NCBI GenBank assembly: GCA_034670305.1 | Contig: JAXMNT010000017.1 | Span: 32,001 to 96,000, forward strand | DNA from: Deltaproteobacteria bacterium | GTDB taxonomy: Bacteria > Myxococcota_A > Polyangia > Polyangiales > Houyiibacteriaceae | Length of the DNA stretch: 64,000 nt | Reading direction: 5' to 3' | In this document: piece after piece, positions 1 through 9,401 of the stretch | How positions within the stretch are numbered: the first letter of the stretch is position 1 | Layout: the number at the start of each line of letters is the position of its first letter | The notes under the pieces: model-generated | Told to the model about the DNA's origin: nothing | Database searches by the model: none | The model's input: only the letters and a program-made list of their open reading frames with translations | Position numbers and translations under genes: made by a program

Positions 1-161
1 TCAGGGTCGCGATCGTGGAGTGGAAACCCGTAGTCCACCCGCAAGAGCCGGACCGCGGAGCGCCAGACCTGCTCGTACCGATAGGCGTGGGTGTCGCTTC
101 GGCGCGCAGCCGCCGGAAGCGAGAGGGTGAGTACGAGCGCGAGCGCGATGAGGTACCGCAT
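1..161 (-). CDS. Exported hypothetical protein, 5' part only (runs off window edge)
   Basis: Read manually on the minus strand (not in ORF track): ATG at 161 with GGAGA upstream; MRYLIALALVLTLSLPAAA signal peptide, then RRSDTHAYRYEQVWRSAVRLLRVDYGF; open to position 1. Confidence 0.7.
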   Translation of the reverse strand, partial: MRYLIALALVLTLSLPAAARRSDTHAYRYEQVWRSAVRLLRVDYGFPLHDRDP

Positions 162-243
162 GTCTCCACCTGGCCCATGTCCCCGTCCCGAGTCCAGTTT
201 CTGGTGCACGCAACCTGGGGGCCGGATCGCCGAGGAGGGCTCC

Positions 244-690
244 ATGTCGGACCCGTTGCCTCGGAGCGCACCCATCCCCGTGCTCGCGCTGCTCGTCGCG
301 ACCATGGCCCTGGTGGCGCTGGGGCGAAGCCGGGTTCGGCCTCCGCCGGTCGTTCGATCGGTGCCGGTGCCGAGCCCGACGAAGGCCGCCGTGGCCCTGC
401 GGGAGGGCGGCACGATCGACCTCAACGCGTCGTCGGCCGAAGAACTCCAGCTCCTGCCTCGGATCGGACCGGCCCTTTCGGCGCGGATCGTCGCAGCCCG
501 ACCGTTCGCATCGCTGGAGGATCTGACCCGGGTTCGGGGCATCGGGGCGCGCACGTTGGAGCGGTTGCGGCCCCGTTTGTCGCCGATTGTGCCTTCTGAG
601 CCTCGTCCTGGGGTGCCGGGCGGGGAGGCGTCCAGGTTGCGCGAGGGCGGCCCCCCCGCTACCAAGATGCCGAGGCGCGAACCTCCGTGA
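244..690 (+). CDS. ComEA-family helix-hairpin-helix DNA-binding protein
   Basis: N-terminal hydrophobic anchor, then IDLNASSAEELQLLPRIGPALSARIV..RPFASLEDLTRVRGIGARTLERL; ATG at 244 after GAGGAGG. Confidence 0.85.
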   Translation: MSDPLPRSAPIPVLALLVATMALVALGRSRVRPPPVVRSVPVPSPTKAAVALREGGTIDLNASSAEELQLLPRIGPALSARIVAARPFASLEDLTRVRGIGARTLERLRPRLSPIVPSEPRPGVPGGEASRLREGGPPATKMPRREPP

Positions 691-715
691 AGGAGGCGTA
701 CCCGGAGGAGCGCAG

Positions 716-1975
716 ATGAAGCGATTGACTTGGATTTGTGCGTTGGCCTTGGCGGCCACCGCGTGTGGGGATGACGATGCGGGCGGCGTGGATGCGGGTG
801 GCGTGGACGCCCCCGGTGTCGATGCACCCGGAGCAGACACCCCCGAGCGGCCGGACACCGGCCCCTGCACCATGGTGGCGGACGAGGGCACCCCGGCCCT
901 CTGCGACGACGGCTGCGACAACGACGGCGACGGCTTCACCGACTGCATGGACTTTGGCTGCGACGGCGTGGGCGCGTGCGGCGTGATGACCTGTGAGACC
1001 GAAGGTCCCGAGGACACGATGGAAGCCTGCACCGACGGCTGCGACAACGACCGCAACGGCTTCGCCGACTGCGACGACTTCAGCTGCCAGGCGCTCGCGG
1101 TCTGCCCGAGCGAAGCGACCAACCGCACCTGCTCCGATGGCATCGACAACGACGACAACGGCTTCATCGACTGTGCGGACTTCAGCTGCCAGATGGACGA
1201 CGAAGGCCTCGCGGTCTGCGTGCGCGAGAACAGCAACGCGGCCTGCAGCGACGGCATCGACAACGATGGGGACGGCGACACCGACTGCGACGACGACGGC
1301 TGCAGCATGCGCGAGCACATCGTGGTCTGCGGCGAGGGCGCCGTGACGGATCCCTCCATGTGGGAAGCGGCCGTGCGTGAGCGCTGCAGCGACGGAATCA
1401 ACAACGACGGCGACGTCAGCGCGATGGACGTGCCCTTCACGGACTGTGGCGACTTCGACTGCACCGGTGCGTTCGAGAGCGACGTCTGCCTCGACCTGCC
1501 GCGCGAGACCGGCAACGGCCGCTGCAGCGACGGAATCGACAACGACATGGACGGCCTCATCGACTGCGACGACGGCAACTGCCAGGGCGAAGCCATGGTC
1601 GTGTGCGTCGACGGCGAGGCGGTGGAACTCACCGACGAAGAGATCACCGCCGCGGCGAACCCGCTTTGCAGCGATGAGATCAACAACGACATGTCCGACA
1701 GCGACACGCGCGCGGACTGCATGGACTTCGACTGCTCGCTCGACCCGCTCGTCACCGTCTGCATGGAAGAGACCGGCGACGAGGCGTGCAGCGACGGGAT
1801 CGACAACGACGACGACGGCTTCGTCGACTGCGCCGACTTCAGCTGCAACCGCAGCACCTTCGTCACTGTCTGTGAGACCACGTCGGCGCTCTGCGACGAC
1901 AACATCGACAACGACGGAAACGGCTTCAAGGACTGCAACGATCGCAACTGCGAGAACACCGCGGCCTGTCGCTGA
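716..1975 (+). CDS. Cys/Asp-rich repeat lipoprotein (about 8 C-x-D-G-I-D-N-D-x-D-G-x-x-D-C repeats, probably Ca2+-binding)
   Basis: GGAGGAG RBS; MKRLTWICALALAATAC lipobox; recurring CSDGIDNDxxGxxDCxDxxC units. Confidence 0.9.
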   Translation: MKRLTWICALALAATACGDDDAGGVDAGGVDAPGVDAPGADTPERPDTGPCTMVADEGTPALCDDGCDNDGDGFTDCMDFGCDGVGACGVMTCETEGPEDTMEACTDGCDNDRNGFADCDDFSCQALAVCPSEATNRTCSDGIDNDDNGFIDCADFSCQMDDEGLAVCVRENSNAACSDGIDNDGDGDTDCDDDGCSMREHIVVCGEGAVTDPSMWEAAVRERCSDGINNDGDVSAMDVPFTDCGDFDCTGAFESDVCLDLPRETGNGRCSDGIDNDMDGLIDCDDGNCQGEAMVVCVDGEAVELTDEEITAAANPLCSDEINNDMSDSDTRADCMDFDCSLDPLVTVCMEETGDEACSDGIDNDDDGFVDCADFSCNRSTFVTVCETTSALCDDNIDNDGNGFKDCNDRNCENTAACR

Positions 1976-2012
1976 ACGCTGATAGGGTTTGCGCATGACG
2001 CGAACCACCGAC

Positions 2013-2053
2013 GAGACGGCGCTTCCCCCTGAGGGCGGCGCCGTTTCTCGTTC
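2013..2053 (+). terminator. Possible intrinsic terminator after the Cys-rich lipoprotein
   Basis: GACGGCGC...GCGCCGTT stem followed by TCTCGTTCT. Confidence 0.4.
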
Positions 2054-2054
2054 T

Positions 2055-3416
2055 GTGGTGTCTGGGTGGTGTGGTCGCGCGATCTGGCTGTTCCTGCTGA
2101 CGGCGTCCGTAGCGTGTGGGGCCCGGACGCCTTTGAACGTCTCCAGCGCGCCCGTGCGCGATGCGGCGCCGGAAGACGGCCCGCTCGATGCGCCGACGCG
2201 ACCGGACGCGGGGACCGACGCGGGCCCCGCACTTCCGACGTGCCGCATGCGCCCCGAGCGGCCCGGCACCATCCGCTGGTCGACCCGCTCGGAGGAACTC
2301 CAGGGCCAAGGCGGCTTCACCGAGTCTGGCGACGTCGTGCTGCCTGTCGCTGGACGGGAGCCCGGTGCGATCGAACTGGCTGCGTTCGATCGATGCACGG
2401 GCGCGCACCTGTGGCAGACGCCGATGGTGCCCGCGTCTTCGGGACAAGCCCATCCCGTGGTGCGCCGCTTGGCCGGCGGGGAACTGCTCGTGACGAACGC
2501 GCTCGGGGCCATCGTGCGGTACGGCGTGTGGTCCTTCGAGCCGGACGGGACGGTGCGTCCGGCGCCGCTCGCGATGGAGCGGCTCTTCGGCTTCTATGGG
2601 ATCGCGGGTGGCGGCCGTGGCGGACCGGTGGTGCGGGTGGCGACCGACCCGGCGCGGCTCGAGCGCTACGACTCGGACTTCAACCTGGTCTCTGCCTTCG
2701 ACGACCCACCGCGCGCCGAGGAGTGTGCCATCGCCGTCGACCAGGTGGTCTGCTTCGACGGGGTGTTCGACCTCGAGACTGGCGCGCCGGTCTGGGCCAG
2801 TGACCGCACCGAGATCCTAGACGGCACGTTCCGACACGTGGTCGGCCCCGCGGTCGGGCGCGAGACCCTGTACGCGGCGATCTACGGCATCTCCACCTAC
2901 GACCTGGTCGCCCGCGATCTGACGACCGGACGTCAATTGTTCCGGGTCCCGCTCATGCGCACGAACCGTGGCCAGACCGACCTGCGGATCGGTGCCCCGG
3001 TGCTCGGCCCGGATGGCACCATTTACGTCTACGTGAATGGCCACCGCGAAGGGGTGGCGCACACGGGGGAGCTCGTGGCCTTCGCGCCGGATGGCGCCGA
3101 GCGCTGGCGCCATGTGCAGAACGCCACGCGACAGGAGTTCTTCCGGCACGCGACCCATCTGGTCGGGAACGCCGGTCTGGTCTACCTCGCGGTGGGCACC
3201 ACGGTGACGGCGCTCGACGCGGTCAGCGGCGAGATGCGCTGGCAATCGGCGGGCGGGGTGCAGAACACGCCAGGGTTGAGCATGAACCGCGCGGGCGAGC
3301 TGCTGCTTCGCACCGACGCGGGCGTCGGCCAGTTGATCGTCACCGAGTCGACCGGACTCGCAGCGAGCCCCTGGCCCTCGCGCTGGGGCGACCATCTCCA
3401 GCGCAACGCGCGCTAG
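2055..3416 (+). CDS. PQQ-like beta-propeller lipoprotein (start approximate)
   Basis: LFLLTASVAC lipobox; repeated AFDxxTGxxLW / ALDAVSGEMRW propeller motifs; C-terminal SPWP motif. Confidence 0.8.
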   Translation: MVSGWCGRAIWLFLLTASVACGARTPLNVSSAPVRDAAPEDGPLDAPTRPDAGTDAGPALPTCRMRPERPGTIRWSTRSEELQGQGGFTESGDVVLPVAGREPGAIELAAFDRCTGAHLWQTPMVPASSGQAHPVVRRLAGGELLVTNALGAIVRYGVWSFEPDGTVRPAPLAMERLFGFYGIAGGGRGGPVVRVATDPARLERYDSDFNLVSAFDDPPRAEECAIAVDQVVCFDGVFDLETGAPVWASDRTEILDGTFRHVVGPAVGRETLYAAIYGISTYDLVARDLTTGRQLFRVPLMRTNRGQTDLRIGAPVLGPDGTIYVYVNGHREGVAHTGELVAFAPDGAERWRHVQNATRQEFFRHATHLVGNAGLVYLAVGTTVTALDAVSGEMRWQSAGGVQNTPGLSMNRAGELLLRTDAGVGQLIVTESTGLAASPWPSRWGDHLQRNAR

Positions 3417-3985
3417 CGGTCGAAGACCAAACTCGCGCGCACCGTGACCGAGAGGTACACGGGGTCGATGCCGTTGGCAGCGAGTGAGAACGGCAGCACG
3501 TACGGCCGCACCGCGATGCCAAACGCCCAGTCGCGGTTCGGCAGCCAGTCGATCCCGAGCACCGCGTGCAGGCCGATGTCCGCGCCGAACGCCCCGTCCC
3601 GGATCGTCGCGATGCCGTCCACCCCGAGCCCGAAGAACGGGACGATCTCGAGGATGTCGAGCAGGTAGACGACCTCGACGCCAGCGATGCCGATGTGGAG
3701 GTTCGTGGTCCGGGCCGGGTGCAGCACGTAGGCCAGCCGCGGCCGGATCGACCACGCGTCGCCGACGCCGATGTCGACCACCACGCCAAGGTCGAACCCG
3801 TGGGCGGGGAGGGCGTCGTTTGCGAGCACCACCCCGTAGCCGGCTTCGACACCGACGGTGACCTGGTCTTCGTAGGCGTGGGCCTCCGAAGGCAGGGCGC
3901 CTTGGACCAGCAGGGCCAGCGCGGCCGCTGCCAGTGCGAGGCCCGCCCCCGGGATCGAGGACGCCGAGGGTGGAAGCCGCATCAC
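3413..3985 (-). CDS. Small outer-membrane beta-barrel protein
   Basis: Signal peptide ending AHA; alternating amphipathic strands; near-terminal Phe (SLVFDR). Confidence 0.7.
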   Translation of the reverse strand: MMRLPPSASSIPGAGLALAAAALALLVQGALPSEAHAYEDQVTVGVEAGYGVVLANDALPAHGFDLGVVVDIGVGDAWSIRPRLAYVLHPARTTNLHIGIAGVEVVYLLDILEIVPFFGLGVDGIATIRDGAFGADIGLHAVLGIDWLPNRDWAFGIAVRPYVLPFSLAANGIDPVYLSVTVRASLVFDR

Positions 3986-4122
3986 CCGATCGATGTAGCA
4001 GGCTGCCGAGAACCGGCCACGTCGTGGGTGCCTCGCCCTGCTTGCCCTTGCCCTTGCCCTCAGTGGTCGAGAGCGCTGTCAAGCGCCGAAGACCGTCAAG
4101 TGCACAGCACTTTGCGCGAAGC

Positions 4123-4224
4123 GAAGTTGGGGAGGAGGCCTGCGGGGCTGTGCCCCGCAGGCCGGAGGGGGATGCGCCCATCCCCCTCGGACAACAAACG
4201 TCCGAACTTGGCCCGCCGAACTTC
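4123..4224. other. Multi-hairpin palindromic element (REP-like or structured RNA)
   Basis: Perfect stems GGCCTGCGGGGC/GCCCCGCAGGCC (4137-4163), GAGGGGGATG/CATCCCCCTC (4165-4188), TCGGAC/GTCCGA (4187-4205). Confidence 0.65.
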
Positions 4225-4353
4225 CTCACGCGCCGGCGGGAACGTCGCCGGCCGGAGCGCGGCCGGCCGGAACGCGGCCGGGCCGGAACATCGGCGCCGC
4301 CACTGTGTCGGAGGTTCATGACCCCTGCGCCCGTCCTGTATGCTCGCCGCGTC

Positions 4354-5256
4354 ATGCCGCAATCCCCCGCTCCCCTCCGCACCACCCACTCGGCACCCCT
4401 GCTGGCACTCGTGCCGATGTGCGCCGCGATGCTGCTCTCGGCCGCGTGCGGTCCGGAGGGTGCGCCAGCGACGCAGCGGACCATCCTCCAAGAGGACATT
4501 CCCCGCATCAAGGAGATGCTCGAACAGGACCGCCACAAGCACCGCGCCGGCATTCGCGAAGCCGCCCGCATGTTGCGACGCGGCTTTCTCGTCGAAGACT
4601 CGGAGACCCGCGAGCGCCAGATGCGGGTCGCCCTCCGGCGCATCCAGCAACCTGCGGCGCGCGGCAGCGTCTCTCAGTTCATCTCGTCGCCGATGTCGTT
4701 CCTCGCGGCGATCGATACCGACGGCGTGGTCATCGCGCGCGACAGCGAGAACGACCAGATGCGCGGCCTCCCGTTCGGCGAACGGTACCCCACCGTCGCC
4801 GCCGCGCTGAGCGAGGGGACCGAAGGCCGCGAGATCGGCGAGTTCCCCTCGCTCGAAGAGGGCGAGCCGCCCTCGTATTCGATCCTCTTCACCGCCCCGG
4901 TCGTGAACCGCGGCGAGCGCGTCGGCGCGGTCGTGGCCGGCATCCCGCTCTGGCGCGAGGCGCAGCGGTTGAGCAACCAGATGCGGATCGACCACGCGAG
5001 CGAGATCCAGGACGGCCTCATCGTCTGGGTCTACGTCTACAAAGCCGACCGCGTCTTCTACGGCCCCGACACCCCGCCCGAGGTCAACGACATCGTCCCC
5101 GACCACGCCGCCCGCACCGCAGGCCTCGCCGCCAGCCCCGGCGGCTTCACCGGCGACCTCCAACTCCATGGCCGCTGGTACGGCTACGCCGTCGTCCCCG
5201 TCCCATCCCTCGGCGAAGACATCGGCGTCGTCATGATGCGCTCCGACCCTCAGTAG
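4354..5256 (+). CDS. Lipoprotein consisting of a stand-alone double-Cache-like sensor domain
   Basis: LLSAAC lipobox; long helix, then FLAAIDTDGVVIAR...VAAAL...FTAPVVNRGERVGAVVAG and a second PVPSLG..IGVV module; no cytoplasmic output domain. Confidence 0.65.
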   Translation: MPQSPAPLRTTHSAPLLALVPMCAAMLLSAACGPEGAPATQRTILQEDIPRIKEMLEQDRHKHRAGIREAARMLRRGFLVEDSETRERQMRVALRRIQQPAARGSVSQFISSPMSFLAAIDTDGVVIARDSENDQMRGLPFGERYPTVAAALSEGTEGREIGEFPSLEEGEPPSYSILFTAPVVNRGERVGAVVAGIPLWREAQRLSNQMRIDHASEIQDGLIVWVYVYKADRVFYGPDTPPEVNDIVPDHAARTAGLAASPGGFTGDLQLHGRWYGYAVVPVPSLGEDIGVVMMRSDPQ

Positions 5257-5269
5257 GCATCCGACGGGA

Positions 5270-5568
5270 CCGGCGTCGGATTCGGCATCGGGATCGGCTT
5301 CGGGATCGGGATCGGCTTCGGGATCGGATTCGGGGTCGGATTCGGGATCGGCTTCGGGGTCGGATTCGGCGTCGGCTTCGGGATCGGATTCGGGATCGGA
5401 TTCGGGATCGGATTCGGGATCGGATTCGGGATCGGGATCGGATTCGGGATCGGGATCGGGATCGGCTGATCCAAGGGCAAGGGCAGGGGCAAGGGCAGGG
5501 GCAAGGGCTGCACTCAAGGGCAGGGGCAAGGGCAAGGGCAAGGGAAGGTCTGCCCGCAAGGGCAAGGG
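5270..5568. repeat. Hexamer tract A: (NTCGGN)n 5270-5466 plus (GGGCAR)n arm 5472-5568
   Basis: Direct reading; lies between the stop at 5256 and the start at 5579. Confidence 0.95.
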
Positions 5569-5578
5569 CCGCTTCGCC

Positions 5579-6628
5579 GTGTCAGACTCGCGCATGCCCG
5601 CGGTGCCTCCCGGCTGCGATCCCGAATCGATCGTGCTCACGTTCTCCGTTGCGCGCGAGCACGCGGGGTTGCGGCTCGATCGGTTCCTGCAGATCAAGAT
5701 CCCCCGCCTCTCGCGGACCCGGGCGAACGCCATCGTGAAGGCGTGTGCGCACCACCCAGACGGGCGCCGCCGCCGTGCGAGCGAGCGGGTGCGGGCCGGG
5801 GAGACGGTGATGATCATCCGCCCGCCGATGGACGAACCGCCGACGCCGCAGTTCTACAAGGTGCTCTACGAGGACGAGGATGTGCTCGTCGTCGACAAGC
5901 CAAGCGGTTTGCCCATGCACCCGACGGCGACCTACCACCGCAACACGCTCTCGCACTTGCTGGCCGAGGACTTCGGCGATCATCCGCCGCAGTTCGCGCA
6001 TCGGCTGGACCGCGAGACGAGCGGCATCGTGGTGTGCGCCAAACACCGGGCGGGCGAGATCGAGATGAAAAAAGCGTTCGAGCGGCGCGAGGTCGGCAAG
6101 CGGTATCTGGCGATCGTGCGCGGAGATCTTCAGCCGAGCGAAGGCACCATCGACGCGCCGATGGCCTCCGCGGACGAAGGCCCGCACGTCTGTATGGCTG
6201 TGCACGAGGACGGGGTGCCGGCCGTGACCGAGTACCGGGTACTCGAACGCAAACCCGGCGCGGCGCTCATCGATCTGCATCCCGAGACCGGGCGGCAACA
6301 TCAACTCCGGGTGCATCTGGCCCACCGAGGCTGCCCGATCATCGGCGACAAACTCTACGGTCCGGACCGGCACCAGCCCTTCCTCGATCTCATCGAAGAG
6401 GGGTGGACCGACGCGACCTTGAAGCGGCTCGGGCACCCGCGGCATGCGCTGCACGCCGCGCATCTGGAGATCTTGCACCCCCGCACCGGCGCGCTGCTTT
6501 CGGTCGATGCGCCGCTGCCCTGGGACCTGCAGCAGTTGTGGGAGAACCCGGCCGCGGCCCTCGACGGCGCAGCGGTCTGCCAGCCCGAAGACCTCCTGGT
6601 GCACCCAGCCGTTCGCACGGAAGCATGA
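5579..6628 (+). CDS. RluA-family RNA pseudouridine synthase (RluC/RluD-like)
   Basis: S4-like RLDRFL; VDKPSGLPMHP; catalytic HRLDRETSG; TGRQHQLRVH; GDKLYG; LHA. Confidence 0.95.
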   Translation: MSDSRMPAVPPGCDPESIVLTFSVAREHAGLRLDRFLQIKIPRLSRTRANAIVKACAHHPDGRRRRASERVRAGETVMIIRPPMDEPPTPQFYKVLYEDEDVLVVDKPSGLPMHPTATYHRNTLSHLLAEDFGDHPPQFAHRLDRETSGIVVCAKHRAGEIEMKKAFERREVGKRYLAIVRGDLQPSEGTIDAPMASADEGPHVCMAVHEDGVPAVTEYRVLERKPGAALIDLHPETGRQHQLRVHLAHRGCPIIGDKLYGPDRHQPFLDLIEEGWTDATLKRLGHPRHALHAAHLEILHPRTGALLSVDAPLPWDLQQLWENPAAALDGAAVCQPEDLLVHPAVRTEA

Positions 6629-6682
6629 GCCCTGCGGAAGCCGGGCGGACACCGTGGGGGAGTGCTGCTACAACGCGCGTCG

Positions 6683-7267
6683 ATGCGTTCGATTGGAAGT
6701 TGTCTCCTCGTCCTCTGTCTCTTTCACTGCGGTGGGAGCGCCCCTGCCGAGGTCGTCGGCTCGCCGCTGACCGCAGAGGACATCCAGTACTTCGAGGACG
6801 GGATCGATCTCGTCGAAGACCCTGAATCGCTCGAAGGGGAGTGGCGCCGACAGTGGTCGACCGAGCTCGACCAGCGGGTCCAGCGCGCCGACGTGGTCGC
6901 GTACGTGCGGGTGCGGACCGTGCGCACGGACACCGACCTCGACCGCCGGACCACCTATCGGATCCTGGTCGAGAGCGAGCGCGATCTGGTCGGTGAGTTG
7001 CCCGAGGAGGGTGTCGAGCTGCGTTCGCGCGAAGGCGAGGTGGGCTTTGGCACCATCGACGGGAACGAACAGCGCATTCTCGAGAAGCCATTCGTCCTGT
7101 TCCTCAAATGGGACCGCCCCACCGGCGCGGCCACCGCGACCCCACGCTTTCATCTCTCGCCGCACGTCGAGCAGGTCACCACCCGAACCGAGTACCTCCT
7201 GGAACGCCGCCGCGACGTGCACACCCGCCCACAGGGCACGGTGATCGTCCACACCCAGAGCGACTGA
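6683..7267 (+). CDS. Hypothetical exported protein / lipoprotein
   Basis: MRSIGSCLLVLCLFHCGG signal; coding-like composition. Confidence 0.7.
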   Translation: MRSIGSCLLVLCLFHCGGSAPAEVVGSPLTAEDIQYFEDGIDLVEDPESLEGEWRRQWSTELDQRVQRADVVAYVRVRTVRTDTDLDRRTTYRILVESERDLVGELPEEGVELRSREGEVGFGTIDGNEQRILEKPFVLFLKWDRPTGAATATPRFHLSPHVEQVTTRTEYLLERRRDVHTRPQGTVIVHTQSD

Positions 7268-7377
7268 ACGGCTTGCCAGGACGGGCCTGCGCCGCTGGGT
7301 GTGCGTGGCCTTGAGGGGGTTCTCCCTCTGATAAGAAGTTTGAAACTTGGGGCGCGGACGGGCATCTTGGCTACCAG

Positions 7378-8490
7378 TTGCAAGATCTGGCTCCAGAGCG
7401 TCGGACGCGGCGAATCGGGCGGTACCACCTCACCGATCGCATCGCCTTCGGAGGCATGGCGGAGGTGTTCCGCGGGTTCACGTTCTCCGACGATGGGTTC
7501 CGGACCGACGTCGCGATCAAGAAGCTCCTCTCGCACTACGTGGAGGACAAGAACTTCGTGACGATGCTGACCGACGAGTACCGGCTCGTCAGTCGGATGG
7601 AGCATGCGAACGTCGCGGAGGTCTACGAACTCGTCAGCATCGAGGACACGATCCTCATCGCGATGGAGTTCGTCGACGGCAAGGACCTGCGCACCACCGT
7701 CGAGAAGGGCCGACGCTCGGAAGACCGGCTCGGCTACTCCGACGTCGCGTACATCATGGCGTGCGCGCTCGATGGGCTGCACCACGCGCACGAAGCGGTG
7801 GACGAACGGGGCGAGGGGCTGGCGGTCGTACACCGGGACTTCTCGCCTTCGAACGTGCTGATCGCGTACGACGGCGCGGTGAAGATGTGCGACTTCGGCA
7901 TCGCCAAAGCGCGGCACAACCGCATCCAGACCAAGACCGGCATCATCAAGGGCAAGGTCAAGTACATGTCGCCGGAGCAAGCCTTCGGTCACAAACTCGA
8001 CCGCCGCAGCGACGTGTTCAGTGCGGGCAGCGTGCTCTACGAACTGTGCACCGGGCGGCAGCCGTTCCGGGCGAAGACCGAGATCGATCTCATCTTCGAG
8101 GTGCGCGACGCCAATCCGATCCCCGCACACGATGTGAACCCGGATCTGCCGCCGCTCTTGGCCGAGATCATCAACCGCTCGATGGCCCGCTCACGCAAAG
8201 CGCGTTTTCAGACCTCGCTCGAGTTCCGCGACGCGCTCGTTCGGTTTCTGAAGAGCTACGCCCCGGACTATCGGCGCACCCGTCTGGCCCGCTACATGAA
8301 GCGGGTCTGGGCGACCGAGATCGAAGAAGAGCTGCGCACCCTCGAAGAGTGGGCGATCGACCTCGAAGCGGTCGAACAAGAGATCGACCTCGGCCAGAAC
8401 CTGCTCGCGGCCGAACTCGGGCCCGACGCGCAGTACGCCAAGTTCTCCCCCCGCCCGACCCGCATCACCCGCCAACTCCAAAAAGAGTAG
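7378..8490 (+). CDS. Cytoplasmic Hanks-type Ser/Thr protein kinase
   Basis: GGMAEVF, VAIKK, HRDFSPSN, DFGIAK, YMSPEQ; no TM segment. Confidence 0.95.
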   Translation: MQDLAPERRTRRIGRYHLTDRIAFGGMAEVFRGFTFSDDGFRTDVAIKKLLSHYVEDKNFVTMLTDEYRLVSRMEHANVAEVYELVSIEDTILIAMEFVDGKDLRTTVEKGRRSEDRLGYSDVAYIMACALDGLHHAHEAVDERGEGLAVVHRDFSPSNVLIAYDGAVKMCDFGIAKARHNRIQTKTGIIKGKVKYMSPEQAFGHKLDRRSDVFSAGSVLYELCTGRQPFRAKTEIDLIFEVRDANPIPAHDVNPDLPPLLAEIINRSMARSRKARFQTSLEFRDALVRFLKSYAPDYRRTRLARYMKRVWATEIEEELRTLEEWAIDLEAVEQEIDLGQNLLAAELGPDAQYAKFSPRPTRITRQLQKE

Positions 8491-8642
8491 CGGGCGCCAG
8501 CAGACTGTTTGCACAGGCTGCAGCGGTTGTGAGCCCCCGGCAGTGCAACGGCAGCGTGGCGGACAACCTGTGGAAGATCGCGACGCGGGCAACGAACCCA
8601 AACCGACTGACCGGCCCAACGCGCCTCCCACGTGGCGCGCTT

Positions 8643-9320
8643 CTACCTCGAGCGGACGTCGAGGTAGGGGTGGGTGTGTTCGTCGAGCGCGAGGGGTGAG
8701 CTGACGAGCAACGGCTGGTCCGGCCCGCCGGCGCCAAGGCCCACGTAGACCACCTCGCCGCGGTGGTCGCGCAACAGAGGGGTCAGGTCGATGCGGACCG
8801 GATCACCCGCGCGTGGCATCACACGGCGGGCGTGGCCTCGCGCTCGAACCCGAGGCGCCGTCTGTCGGTCCAGTTCGGCGCCCGCGAAGGCCGCGGACCG
8901 AAAGGGCAACAGCCGCGTGTGCACCGAGGGTGGCTCGCCGGCCGCGAACATGGTGAGCACCGCTTCGACGAGATCGCGATCCGGCAACCGAAACGCGAGG
9001 TGAACGCGGCCCTTCACCGAGCCGCCGAGCAACCACCGATCGACGTCGCGCAATGAAGCACCGCGTGCGTCGGCGCGGGTGGCGCCCCAGTCGACCGGTG
9101 GCAGCCGGTCCGCCTGCGCGAAGCGGAAACCGTCGCGCTCTGCGAGCGGTCCACACACGCCGCTCAAGCTGCATCGGCTGCCGGTGGGGCAGGCGCCTTC
9201 CGCGCACCCTTCGGGTCCCGTGCAACCGGCGGATGCCCCGAGGATCACGGCGCATGCGGCCCAGTGGGCGAGGCTTTGGCCGCGTGCGAGGGTGGGGCGA
9301 TGTTCGTGTGTTCTCGTCAT
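8643..9320 (-). CDS. Lipoprotein with Cys-rich N-terminus and DNRLRE/CBM-like beta-sandwich
   Basis: ILGASAGC lipobox; C-x4-C-x5-C-x5-C; HLAFRLP..EAVLTMF..RIDLTPLL..PYLDV; real gene is the 3' part of ORF 8643..10316. Confidence 0.6.
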   Translation of the reverse strand: MTRTHEHRPTLARGQSLAHWAACAVILGASAGCTGPEGCAEGACPTGSRCSLSGVCGPLAERDGFRFAQADRLPPVDWGATRADARGASLRDVDRWLLGGSVKGRVHLAFRLPDRDLVEAVLTMFAAGEPPSVHTRLLPFRSAAFAGAELDRQTAPRVRARGHARRVMPRAGDPVRIDLTPLLRDHRGEVVYVGLGAGGPDQPLLVSSPLALDEHTHPYLDVRSR

Positions 9321-9401
9321 GGATGAGACGGGACAACCTGCGCGCAAAGCATACACTATGCTTGGCCAGCAGATGTTCGATGAACCTGGAGTGTGGTGGT
9401 G

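Noticed and set aside
716-1975. Cys-rich lipoprotein as TraA
   Set aside because: No PA14-like variable domain or MYXO-CTERM, and not adjacent to the TraB-like gene
1-2232. Long antisense or alternate-frame ORFs (e.g. 1-2232 -, 26868-29600 +, 30009-32834 +, 33827-36625 +, 50234-52978 -, 59297-62104 +)
   Set aside because: Shadow ORFs typical of high-GC DNA; they overlap genes with clear motifs and have no recognisable domains
4110-4230. Hairpin cluster as tRNA or SRP RNA
   Set aside because: No T-loop (GTTCRA), D-loop or acceptor stem; no SRP GGAA/AGCAG internal-loop motif
5250-5513. Low-complexity ORFs over the hexamer tracts (PIPNP, PKPKP, GFGFG, ASASA; also 12684-12920, 43929-44210, 59476-59967, 61549-62031, 61748-61996)
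   Set aside because: Stop-free by-products of 6-bp repeats that are open in most frames; no RBS or domain evidence
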